NCBI GenBank assembly: GCA_026195275.1
Contig: JAPHQU010000002.1
Span: 69,964-133,963 of the forward strand
Direction of reading: 5' to 3'
DNA length: 64,000 bases
From: Minisyncoccota bacterium
GTDB taxonomy: Bacteria > Patescibacteriota > Minisyncoccia > Phycocordibacterales > JABMNX01
Shown: one piece after another, positions 1-8,757 of the stretch
How positions within the stretch are numbered: position 1 is the stretch's first letter
Layout of the letters: the number at the start of each line of letters is the position of its first letter
The notes under the pieces: generated by a model
The model's input: only the letters and a program-made list of their open reading frames with translations
Told to the model about the DNA's origin: nothing
The model's database searches: none
Position numbers and translations under genes: made by a program

Positions 1-1266
1 TATGTGTTCTCTCGCGCCGGGGTGGGGGTGCCGCGTATCGCTATTGATCAGTACGTATGTGGCGAGGAGGTGGCTGAAGACGACCTAAAGCCGGGGGACG
101 TAGTTTTCTCTATTGGGAAGGATACAGAAGCACGAGAGTCGTTCAAGCGAGTTGCAGACGGTGCTGAGGTAACCGTACAAGCTGTTAAGTATCAGACCAT
201 TGAATACATGCCGGGTACTGCGGTTGTAAGTGGGGTGAGTCACTGTGGTATCTACCTCGGCGATGGGAAGGTGATCCATGCGGCGGGGAAGAGTAGCGAC
301 AATCAAGTGGTGGTCAATGATATTGCTCATGATGTGAATTTTGCAAATATTGTGGGGTATCGCCGCATGGTGGATACCGCTCCGCGTTTCGTTGTTGCGG
401 TGCCATTTGAGCGGCTTGATCTTAGAATCAAAGAAGATCTTATTGAGGAAATCGGCCGTGTGTATGGGTATGAGAATGTCTCTGAGATACCTGTGGAGAA
501 AGAGAAACAGAAGGTCTCAGTAAATAAGAATTTTTATTATGCAGAGAAGATACGCGACCTCCTCACCACAAAAGGGTTTGCTGAGGTATATACATATTCA
601 ATGGGTGAGTCTGGCGACATTGAGATTGAGAACCCGATTGCCGAAGATAAAAAGTTCCTCCGCACATCGCTTGTTGGCGGGCTTTCCGGTTCTCTTGGAC
701 TCAACACCAAGAACGCACCGCTTTTTGGTGGGGGAGATGTGCGCATCTTTGAAATCGGCAAAGTTTTTTCGGACGACATCGAGTACACTTCGCTTGGTAT
801 TGCATCCTCAAACAGCAAGAATGTTCTTGAGGTGCTGACAGACCTCTCAGGCGAACTTGAGCAAAAGATCGAGGCGTCTGAAAGTAATAAAGAGTTGTTT
901 GTGTGCAACCTCGATATGCTAGTTGCAAATCTTCCTGAGCCGAAGGAGTACGATGTCTCAGTCGAGCAAAAGCAGGTTGTGTACAGACCATTCTCGAGCT
1001 ATCCGTTTGCACTTCGCGACATTGCGGTGTGGGTGCCGGAGAAGGTGACAGCCGATGATCTTCTTGAGGAGATTGTGTCTGTTGCAGGAGACCTGCTCGT
1101 ACAAAGCTCACTCTTTGATGAGTTTTCGAAAGACGGAAGAGTCTCGTATGCTTACCGGCTCGTCCTTCAATCACCCGAGAGAACCCTCTCTGATGAAGAT
1201 ATTGATGCGGTCATGAATCGTGTGACCGTGCAACTAAGCAACAAAGAAGGATTCGAAGTTCGGTAA
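1..1266 (+). CDS. pheT: Phenylalanyl-tRNA synthetase beta subunit, C-terminal portion (5' end lies outside window)
   Basis: ORF open to the window edge. It has a B5-like GDVRIFEIGKVF segment. The C-terminal FDX-ACB-like segment FDEFSKDGRVSYAYRLVLQSPERTLSDEDID matches the PheT anticodon-binding domain. Confidence 0.75.
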   Translation, partial: YVFSRAGVGVPRIAIDQYVCGEEVAEDDLKPGDVVFSIGKDTEARESFKRVADGAEVTVQAVKYQTIEYMPGTAVVSGVSHCGIYLGDGKVIHAAGKSSDNQVVVNDIAHDVNFANIVGYRRMVDTAPRFVVAVPFERLDLRIKEDLIEEIGRVYGYENVSEIPVEKEKQKVSVNKNFYYAEKIRDLLTTKGFAEVYTYSMGESGDIEIENPIAEDKKFLRTSLVGGLSGSLGLNTKNAPLFGGGDVRIFEIGKVFSDDIEYTSLGIASSNSKNVLEVLTDLSGELEQKIEASESNKELFVCNLDMLVANLPEPKEYDVSVEQKQVVYRPFSSYPFALRDIAVWVPEKVTADDLLEEIVSVAGDLLVQSSLFDEFSKDGRVSYAYRLVLQSPERTLSDEDIDAVMNRVTVQLSNKEGFEVR

Positions 1267-1406
1267 GATAATCTCATGCGGTATGAGATAGTGAACAGGG
1301 CTTTATAGAGCCGCTCTGAGGTGCTTTCAATCCCTCCCTCAAGGCTGTCGGGACAGGTAAAATTACTTTATTTTTGGGGGTTATTTTGCTATAATTAAGG
1401 GTACTA

Positions 1407-3536
1407 ATGGAGCTCTATTTGGGGCGACCATATTTATTTATGGCTGAGAGAAAAGCAAAAGAGACCACCGAAAAAAAGACCGCAACCCCCAAAGGTGCCA
1501 AGACTGCGGGGAAATATGGTGCAGAGGAGATCACGGTCCTTGAGGGGCTTGAGGCGGTGCGCCGTCGCCCGGGAATGTATATCGGCACGACCGGCCCGGA
1601 AGGGCTCCATCATCTCGTATGGGAGGTGTTTGATAACTCACGCGATGAAGCGATGGGCGGCTTTGCAGACCGTATTGAAGTAGCGCTTTTGCCCGAGGGC
1701 AGGGTGCGTGTTGCTGACAATGGTCGCGGTATCCCGGTCGACATTCACTCGAAGACAAAAGTCTCGGCGCTTGAGACGATCATGACAACACTTCACGCCG
1801 GCGGTAAGTTTGGCGGTGAAGGTTATAAGGTCTCCGGCGGACTCCACGGTGTGGGTGTCTCCGTGGTGAACGCACTCTCAAGGTATGTGAAGGCGGTTGT
1901 GCACCGCGATGGCGGTATGTACATGCAGGAGTACACCAAGGGTGGCAAAGCAAAGGCGAAAGTAAAGAAAGTAAGAGCGTCAAAACTCACCGGAACCGTG
2001 ATCACCTTTGAGGCTGACCCGGAAATCTTTACTGAGATTGCCTACGATTGGAATAAGATCGTCTCACATCTTCGCCAACAGGCGTACCTGGTCAAAGGTC
2101 TTTCTATTGCCATCCTCGACTTGCGTGAGTACACAGGAGGGGTCGAGGATGAAGCCGGTCTTTATCTCCGCGACCTCGGTCTTGAGTGTCCGTCGATGTC
2201 ATTTTACTTTGAAGGTGGACTCCTTTCGTTGGTGAAATTCCAGAACCGCCACCAGAAGTCGGTTCATAAGAATATCTTTTATGTTGAAAAAGAGGCGGAT
2301 GATGTTGGGGTCGAGATCTCGCTCCAGTACGTTGACGATATCTCAGCACGCATCTCAGCATTTGCAAACAATATCTATAATCCAGAACACGGGACACACA
2401 TCACCGGCTTCAAGACGGCACTCACGCGCACACTCAACAACTACAGCAAGAAGGCTGGCGGCAAGGAGGGCGAAGCATTCACCGGAGACGATGTGCTTGA
2501 AGGTATCACGGTAGTGGTATCGGTTAAGATGCCGGAGATCCAGTTTGAAGGGCAGACCAAAGGCAAGCTTGGGTCTGTTGAAGCACGCGGAGCTGTCGAG
2601 AGTGTCTTTAGCGAAGCGTTCAGCACTTTCCTCGAAGAACATCCTGAGGACGCTAAGATGATCATCGGTAAGGCGACGCTCGCGCTTAAGGCTCGCAAGG
2701 CAGCAAAAGCAGCCAAGGACAGTGTACTTCGCAAGGGAGCGCTCGAAGGGCTCACGCTCCCCGGAAAGCTCGCTGATTGTTCTACAAGGAATGCTGATGA
2801 GTCCGAGCTCTTCATTGTGGAGGGAGACTCTGCAGGAGGCTCCTCAAAACAGGGACGCGACCGGCGCACACAGGCGATCCTCCCACTTCGTGGCAAGATT
2901 CTCAATGTTGAGCGCGCACGTCTCGACCGCATGCTTGCCTCGAACGAGATTAAATCACTCGTGGTTGCGCTTGGTACTGCGATTGGAGATACATTTGATA
3001 TTGAAAAGCTTCGCTACCACAAGATCATCATCGCAACCGATGCTGATGTGGACGGAGCGCACATTCGCACACTCCTTCTCACACTCTTCTATCGCTACTT
3101 CAAGCCGATCATTGAGGGTGGGTACCTCTACATCGCGCAACCACCGCTGTATAAGATTAAGAAAGGGCGCGAGGTGTCCTACGCGTACACAGAAGATGAT
3201 AAGATAAAAATCCTTGGGAAAGATGCCGAGGTGATTGAAGAGACACCGGAGGGAGCAACTGATGTGGAGGAAGACGCAGAGGAAGCGGAAACAGGCGAGG
3301 CGAAAGCAAAGAGTTCAAAGAAGGTTCATATCCAGCGTTACAAAGGTCTTGGTGAGATGAACCCTGAGGAACTCTGGGAGACGACTATGGACCCTGAGCA
3401 CCGTGTACTCAAGCAGGTTACCATTGAGGATGTGCAAGAAGCCGATCGCATCTTTGACACACTTATGGGTACTGATGTGGCGTCACGCAAGACATTCATC
3501 CAATCGAACGCGAAGTACGCACAGTTGGATATTTAA
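1407..3536 (+). CDS. gyrB: DNA gyrase subunit B
   Basis: LEGLEAVRRRPGMYIG ATPase N-terminus, TOPRIM region, EGDSAGG and C-terminal QRYKGLGEMNPE motifs. There is a K/T-rich N-terminal extension of about 30 aa, and an alternative start at 1440 (MAERKAKE). Confidence 0.95.
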   Translation: MELYLGRPYLFMAERKAKETTEKKTATPKGAKTAGKYGAEEITVLEGLEAVRRRPGMYIGTTGPEGLHHLVWEVFDNSRDEAMGGFADRIEVALLPEGRVRVADNGRGIPVDIHSKTKVSALETIMTTLHAGGKFGGEGYKVSGGLHGVGVSVVNALSRYVKAVVHRDGGMYMQEYTKGGKAKAKVKKVRASKLTGTVITFEADPEIFTEIAYDWNKIVSHLRQQAYLVKGLSIAILDLREYTGGVEDEAGLYLRDLGLECPSMSFYFEGGLLSLVKFQNRHQKSVHKNIFYVEKEADDVGVEISLQYVDDISARISAFANNIYNPEHGTHITGFKTALTRTLNNYSKKAGGKEGEAFTGDDVLEGITVVVSVKMPEIQFEGQTKGKLGSVEARGAVESVFSEAFSTFLEEHPEDAKMIIGKATLALKARKAAKAAKDSVLRKGALEGLTLPGKLADCSTRNADESELFIVEGDSAGGSSKQGRDRRTQAILPLRGKILNVERARLDRMLASNEIKSLVVALGTAIGDTFDIEKLRYHKIIIATDADVDGAHIRTLLLTLFYRYFKPIIEGGYLYIAQPPLYKIKKGREVSYAYTEDDKIKILGKDAEVIEETPEGATDVEEDAEEAETGEAKAKSSKKVHIQRYKGLGEMNPEELWETTMDPEHRVLKQVTIEDVQEADRIFDTLMGTDVASRKTFIQSNAKYAQLDI

Positions 3537-3549
3537 TTATTTGAAGATA

Positions 3550-3587
3550 CCAACACAAAACCCGCCTTTAGGCGGGTTTTGTGTTGG
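3550..3587. terminator. Bidirectional rho-independent terminator hairpin (gyrB / convergent surface-protein gene)
   Basis: Perfect long inverted repeat ccaacacaaaacccgcc-ttta-ggcgggttttgtgttgg, flanked by A and T runs, between convergent stop codons. Confidence 0.7.
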
Positions 3588-3609
3588 GTTATCCAGTTCT
3601 TCGCAAAGG

Positions 3610-4629
3610 TTACTCGGTCGTTACCGTGATAGGGAACTGTTTGATGTTGTTCTCTTCGTTGCGTTCCTTCATGCTTCCGGTTGGGTCTGCATTAATGGTG
3701 ATTGCGCCACCATGAACTGCAAGGTCGATTTGGTTGAATTCAAGTGTGAAGACAATTTTGTCTCCGGGGTTGAGTGCTTGCTGGCTTTCTGAATGGAAAA
3801 TATACATTGGCATAGTTGGAAGCACTGCGTTGAATGTCCACTGGTCTGAAGTCTTGTCGCCAATGTTTTTGATTTCGAAGCGGATTGCCGCTTTCGTGTC
3901 TGTTGCGGTGAGGGTGTCGATTGGAGTGAATGTGCCATCATTCTCAACAATACCGATACCGATGATATGTACCGCGAGATCAGGGAGTCCTGATGGGTTT
4001 GAGATAGTGCCTCCGTTGGTGATCTCGTAGGTCCCTGTGGTTTCCTCTCCCGGAGTGAGTGTATTGCCGCCAGCGGTGTTTCCTCCCGTTGGCGCGCCTA
4101 GACCGCTTTTTGAGATAGTAAGGGTCACTGAGCCGCTCGCTGCGGTATCACCGGATGTGTCCACCGCATTGATGGTTACAGGAACACTCACAAAGTCACT
4201 CCCTTCAAGGAGGGGGATTATAAGGAGCGTGCCTTCGGTGCTTGAGAATGCAAATGGTGTATCACACACGACCTCCTCGTAGATACCGCCGGTGTTTGGA
4301 CTCTGTATCGAGAGTCCGTCACGACACGTAAAGGACGCCGTGTATGCGTCTGATTGTTTATTGCGGTGGCTCCATGAGAGCTCATACACACTGTCTGTTG
4401 GCACGATAGATTCCGGTGTATCGATGGTAATGGTCTGTGCCGGCGCGAAAACCGAAGTAAGAGAAGTGGCGACTGCGGCAAGGGAAGAGAGCACTGACGG
4501 CGCAAGGCGCGCGATCTGAACTGAGCCCCAGAGTCCGACTGAGAGGATGGCGATAAAACCAATAATAGCGAGTGCTTTCACACCGAGCTGCTGTAATTCT
4601 GCTTTTGGAAAATTTTTCATGTGCACCAA
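3610..4629 (-). CDS. Membrane-anchored extracellular protein (N-terminal signal anchor, Thr/Gly-rich, CARDB-like beta-rich domain), function unknown
   Basis: 339-aa ORF with N-terminal TM helix ALAIIGFIAILSVGLWGSV. Composition is typical of a cell-surface protein. It lies next to the sortase gene. Confidence 0.55.
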   Translation of the reverse strand: MVHMKNFPKAELQQLGVKALAIIGFIAILSVGLWGSVQIARLAPSVLSSLAAVATSLTSVFAPAQTITIDTPESIVPTDSVYELSWSHRNKQSDAYTASFTCRDGLSIQSPNTGGIYEEVVCDTPFAFSSTEGTLLIIPLLEGSDFVSVPVTINAVDTSGDTAASGSVTLTISKSGLGAPTGGNTAGGNTLTPGEETTGTYEITNGGTISNPSGLPDLAVHIIGIGIVENDGTFTPIDTLTATDTKAAIRFEIKNIGDKTSDQWTFNAVLPTMPMYIFHSESQQALNPGDKIVFTLEFNQIDLAVHGGAITINADPTGSMKERNEENNIKQFPITVTTE

Positions 4630-4746
4630 TATGTATCACAACTCGGCTGCTGTGTCAAGTTTTCTCAGGAGGAGGGAGTCTTTCAGAGAGCATGGATTTC
4701 TTGACAATACTGCATATTTGGTGTATAAAGGCTCAGAGCATCTTAT

Positions 4747-5391
4747 ATGAAAGACCAAGGAATAAAAGGGCACACAGGTTCTCTCGTTACCGCCATTGTG
4801 GCGGTGCGGTGGCGTTTTCTCTTTCTCTTTGTCTTTATGTTTGGTATGACGCTCTTCTTGCTTTCAATGGTTGGGCTTGTCCCCGAGAGGATCACAGAGC
4901 GAGAGCCTGCAGGCACTGAGGTTGCGTATGCTTCTCGTGAGTACGCGGGGGACCCTAAGCGGATCCTCATCCCTTCAGTCGGAGTGGATGCTAATATTGA
5001 AAATCCACAGAGCCGCGAGATCGAGGCACTTGATCGTGCCCTCAAGGAAGGAGTGGTACGATATCCCGGCACCGGAGTGCTTACCGAAAATGCAAATATT
5101 TTTCTTTTCGGACACTCCAGCTACTTGCCGAGCGTCATCAACAAGAACTATCAGGTATTCAACAATCTACAGAAGCTTGGTGCGGGGGATGAGATCTTTG
5201 TTGATTCGGGGGATATGCGATATGTATACCGCGTCACATCGGTTGTGCTTGATGAAGCGGGAAATGTTGTTGTTGACTTCAGTCGTGGAGAGCGGATGCT
5301 CACACTTGCGACCTGTAACTCTTTTGGAGAGAAAGACGAGCGATACGTTGTCCGCGCAAAGTACGTAGGAAGCTACCTGCTTACGATCTAG
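4747..5391 (+). CDS. Sortase family transpeptidase
   Basis: N-terminal TM anchor followed by sortase-like H (LFGHSSY), LTLATCNSFG (TLxTC) and R (VVRAKYVG) motifs in the canonical His-Cys-Arg order. Confidence 0.8.
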   Translation: MKDQGIKGHTGSLVTAIVAVRWRFLFLFVFMFGMTLFLLSMVGLVPERITEREPAGTEVAYASREYAGDPKRILIPSVGVDANIENPQSREIEALDRALKEGVVRYPGTGVLTENANIFLFGHSSYLPSVINKNYQVFNNLQKLGAGDEIFVDSGDMRYVYRVTSVVLDEAGNVVVDFSRGERMLTLATCNSFGEKDERYVVRAKYVGSYLLTI

Positions 5392-5522
5392 GTCGTACGC
5401 AGATAGCTCTCTAAGTAGAGAGTGTTTGTTCTTTTATAATCCAGTTCACATTCTTCACGTCTCTCTCGCATTCTCGGGAGATCAGACTTCAACGTTCAAG
5501 AGAAAAGGAAAGGAGAGCAACC

Positions 5523-6728
5523 ATGCTCAGAAATATCAGTGTTGTCGTAGTCGCTACGTTGGCGATTGCGGCGTGTGCGGTCCCCGTGAGGGTCGTCAAC
5601 ACCGAGCAGGAGTCGGTGCCGACCAAAGAGGTCTCACTACAGGAATCTATTCCTGTGGTCAGGGCTCCTTCTGGACCGGTGAAAGTCCGCCCGAAAGAGT
5701 GGTCTCTTCCCGGTATGACTTGGATTGGCGATGGATTCTCCTGCCCCACATCGGCCGTACAGGGCGAGCGTCTGCGCAAGTGGGCACGCCCCGGCGCACA
5801 CCCATACGCCGGCACTCTCGGCCAGGCAATCGGGCTCTTCCGGGATGTTCCCAAAGAGGTTCGTGCCTCCTGGCAGGAGGACTTCAAGATGAACAAGCTC
5901 ACGACACGCCCGCTTTCTGAAGGCGAGCGTTTCTGCGGTATGTTCTACACCATCGACGGCAAGAAAGGTCCCTACCATAGGGTCTGGCCGAATGTCAGGA
6001 CTGGTGCGTGGGTCAACGAACCAAACGCCAACAACGGCGCTCGGGTCGTTACTGCCACCTATGGCGGCTACGAATGGGATCTTGTGATCCCGGACATCTG
6101 CGACAACGTCTCATACGTTGCTCGTAAGATGCCGACACCAGTCCCGCACAATACGCAGAGCGTCAAGCAGTCGGTATCTCCTATGCCGATACCGCTGGCT
6201 AAGCTGGCAGAAGATCCGTTCTTCATTCGGGTCAACTACTGGGAGTGGGATTCAATCCCTGAAGACCTTCAGAAGAAGATCATGAAGATCGTGGAATATG
6301 AAGGCAACGAGACGTACGCCGAAGAAGACGGCGCCGTCTCAAGGGACTTGTACGATGATTTGGTCGCGTCATGGAAAGAAGGTGGCGCAACCACGGTTAC
6401 CGTCCCCACCTCGGCGTCGATCAGCTATCCGGGCAGCAACGGCGTGGAGAGCATCCTCTCGAAGCAGGGTGACCACGCTAAGTTCTCGGACCTTGTGTAC
6501 TGGGAGAAGTACATCAGTCGTTCGCTTGCGTCAGAGCTCGAGAGTCAGGTTTTACTCTCGAGAGTCTCTGCAGAAGGGTGTACGGTAGTGTATCCCACTG
6601 AAAAGATGGAATACACCATCAGCACCCGACTGAACACGAAACCTAAAGCTCCCGGGGAACTTGCCTTATTGGCAAGGAATCCTAAGGAAGTAGGTGCGAA
6701 CATGAACGTCGTACTGGATTGCCCGTAA
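5523..6728 (+). CDS. Putative secreted lipoprotein, function unknown
   Basis: Signal peptide with a lipobox-like AIAAC. The 401-aa ORF lies in the surface-protein cluster. Confidence 0.55.
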   Translation: MLRNISVVVVATLAIAACAVPVRVVNTEQESVPTKEVSLQESIPVVRAPSGPVKVRPKEWSLPGMTWIGDGFSCPTSAVQGERLRKWARPGAHPYAGTLGQAIGLFRDVPKEVRASWQEDFKMNKLTTRPLSEGERFCGMFYTIDGKKGPYHRVWPNVRTGAWVNEPNANNGARVVTATYGGYEWDLVIPDICDNVSYVARKMPTPVPHNTQSVKQSVSPMPIPLAKLAEDPFFIRVNYWEWDSIPEDLQKKIMKIVEYEGNETYAEEDGAVSRDLYDDLVASWKEGGATTVTVPTSASISYPGSNGVESILSKQGDHAKFSDLVYWEKYISRSLASELESQVLLSRVSAEGCTVVYPTEKMEYTISTRLNTKPKAPGELALLARNPKEVGANMNVVLDCP

Positions 6729-6799
6729 GGGCTACTCAACTTGGTGTGGGAGTAGAGATGCGCTATAGTGCACCCTACCTCCCATACCTTTTTATACTT

Positions 6800-8554
6800 A
6801 TGAAAAATCAACTCACAGAAAAGACATCAACAATGAACACAACGCTTATGCAGGCGATTCTTTTCTGTATTTTTTTACTTTCACTTTTTGCCTTTGCGCT
6901 CAATATCACATTTGAGGGGCATCAGGTACAGGTAGGCCCAACACAGGTACTTGCTTTTGGTAGTGGCGCTGGAGCAGGTGGTGGTGGCGGCGCAGGTGGT
7001 GGTGGCGGCGCAGGTGGTGGTGGCGGCGACTCTGCTGGTGGTAGTGGATTTGGGAGCGGTTCAGGCTCTGGTAACGGAAACTCCTCAGATTCAGGATTTG
7101 GGGGTGGTTCGGGAGCGGGGAATGGTAACCCGGGTGATCCTGGAGATGAGGGAGGTGGTACTCCGTCAAACCCGCCCCAGAATCCACCAACGCCGGATCC
7201 AACCCCGTCCTGTTCACTTTCTGTCGACAAGAGCACACTTACCCTTGGCGGATCTGCGTCACTCTCATGGTCTTCGAGTAATGTATCAAGTGGGTCTATC
7301 GACCAGGGAGTCGGCACTGTTTCAACTTCCGGAAGCACAAATGTTTCGCCGGAAAGCTCGGTGACCTATACCGGCACCTTTACCGGGCAGTATGGCTCTG
7401 CAACATGTTCAGTGTCGGTACAGGTTTCAACAACACCAGACCCGGAAGCACCATCGTGTTCTCTCTCGGTCGGAAAGAGTGTGCTTGCAAAAGGGGAGTC
7501 GACCACACTTTCGTGGACTTCAGTCAATACAATCGAAGGTTCGATTGACCAGAGCATTGGATCAGTTGACACTTCAGGAAGCACGAGTGTTACACCGGAC
7601 AGCAACACAACATACACCGGTACGTTCACCGGGCAAGATGGTTCGGTACAGTGTCGTGCCTCAGTCGAGGTCACAACAACCCCGCCACCAGGATGTACGG
7701 TCAATTGTGGCGGAGGAATCGACCCGCCGACAGTCTCGCTCAACTCACTTAAAGGACCGGGGGAGAACCCACTCGCATTTATTACCCTCAGCCAGATCCC
7801 GTACACCGGATTTGACGCCGGACCAATCGCAACCGCACTCTACTGGCTCGTACTTATACTCTGGAGTGCCTTTCTTGCATACGCAATCATTACCTACAAC
7901 ATCGGGGCACGACTCTTCTCTTCAATCGGCGCAATTCTTGGAGGCGGTCGGACCTCTGCCCCTGCAGAGCGCGCGCAAGCCAACCGGTCTTTCTATGCTC
8001 ATGAAATAGCAGATGACGCGACGGCAGAAGGGGTGCATGGTGACGAGCTCACCCTTGAGATTGATGGTGGTGTGCCACGGATTATCCTGAAGCGGGTGGT
8101 GGCTGAGAAGACCCCCACAGCTTTTCTCAATGAGGGACATGAGCAGCAGAACAACTCGCACCAGACCGCGTATATTAAGACAGATACTACCGACAGACTT
8201 CCTGTAGCTGGCACGCATACAGCAGTGCTTCTCCAGGCGATTGCCCGAGGAGACAGCGCGCGTGCACTTCGTGTGATTCAAGAGCATCGTAAAGAAGGTA
8301 AGGATGTGACCACTACACTTGTCTCGCTTGTGTGTGAGCTCGATCGACTTCACTGTGTCCGTTGTGATGAGAAGACATCTGAGATGGTTGACCCGGCCAC
8401 AGCAGAGCGTTTCCACTCTTGGAGTGCGTACGATATTGAGCAGGCAATTCACATCCTCACCGAAGGGATTGATCGCAACCGCATCTCTCCGGCAACCGGT
8501 GCCAAAGTTGCCATTCTCCGGGTACTTGAATATTCCAGCAACCGTCACAACTAA
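6800..8554 (+). CDS. Large cell-surface protein: signal peptide, Gly/Ser-rich low-complexity region, Pro-rich linker, two tandem ~85-aa Cys-containing Ig-like repeats, IPYTG motif, TM helix, ~190-aa cytoplasmic domain
   Basis: The ORF runs 6719..8554 and the likely start is 6800 (MKNQLTEK) or 6833 (MNTTLMQ). The repeats PSCSLSV[D/G]KS...TYTGTFTGQ.GS..C..SV.V.TTP occur twice. A TM helix IATALYWLVLILWSAFLAYAII follows IPYTGFDAG. Confidence 0.65.
   Translation: MKNQLTEKTSTMNTTLMQAILFCIFLLSLFAFALNITFEGHQVQVGPTQVLAFGSGAGAGGGGGAGGGGGAGGGGGDSAGGSGFGSGSGSGNGNSSDSGFGGGSGAGNGNPGDPGDEGGGTPSNPPQNPPTPDPTPSCSLSVDKSTLTLGGSASLSWSSSNVSSGSIDQGVGTVSTSGSTNVSPESSVTYTGTFTGQYGSATCSVSVQVSTTPDPEAPSCSLSVGKSVLAKGESTTLSWTSVNTIEGSIDQSIGSVDTSGSTSVTPDSNTTYTGTFTGQDGSVQCRASVEVTTTPPPGCTVNCGGGIDPPTVSLNSLKGPGENPLAFITLSQIPYTGFDAGPIATALYWLVLILWSAFLAYAIITYNIGARLFSSIGAILGGGRTSAPAERAQANRSFYAHEIADDATAEGVHGDELTLEIDGGVPRIILKRVVAEKTPTAFLNEGHEQQNNSHQTAYIKTDTTDRLPVAGTHTAVLLQAIARGDSARALRVIQEHRKEGKDVTTTLVSLVCELDRLHCVRCDEKTSEMVDPATAERFHSWSAYDIEQAIHILTEGIDRNRISPATGAKVAILRVLEYSSNRHN
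6974..7027 (+). repeat. Perfect 3 x 18-bp tandem repeat (gcaggtggtggtggcggc) encoding (AGGGGG)3 inside the surface protein gene
   Basis: Counted directly: three identical 18-nt units. Confidence 0.9.
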
Positions 8555-8665
8555 CAAACAACCGCCTGATGGACATTGGATGTCCGTCATCGGGGATATT
8601 CATTTTGTCTGCCTGTCCGCAAACAGGACTTATGGAAGTCCAGATATCGTAAATATTAATAAAAT

Positions 8666-8690
8666 AAACGCCAGGCTATGCCTGGCGTTT
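8666..8690. terminator. Terminator hairpin aaacgccaggc-tat-gcctggcgttt plus T-run (member of conserved-stem family)
   Basis: Perfect inverted repeat followed by ttatttt, downstream of the surface protein gene. Confidence 0.65.
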
Positions 8691-8718
8691 ATTTTCTAGT
8701 GGCTCAAGTAAGCCACGA

Positions 8719-8744
8719 TAAACGCCAACCCGGGGTTGGCGTTT
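8719..8744. terminator. Terminator hairpin aaacgccaacc-cggg-gttggcgttt flanked by A/T runs (thrS side)
   Basis: Perfect inverted repeat. It lies immediately distal to the thrS stop on the - strand. Confidence 0.65.
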
Positions 8745-8757
8745 ATTTTTGACTGTT

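Noticed and set aside
1495-3207. Multiple 60-160-aa ORFs on both strands inside gyrB
   Set aside because: They are internal to a strongly supported, conserved coding sequence (gyrB). The same applies to the many short ORFs nested in dnaE, rpoB, rpoC, hsdR and the helicase genes.
6922-7338. Pro-rich 138-aa - strand ORF and the 6906..7238 / 6951..7364 ORFs
   Set aside because: These are mirror-image low-complexity translations of the GGT/GGC-rich repeat region inside the surface-protein gene. They are antisense or off-frame artefacts.
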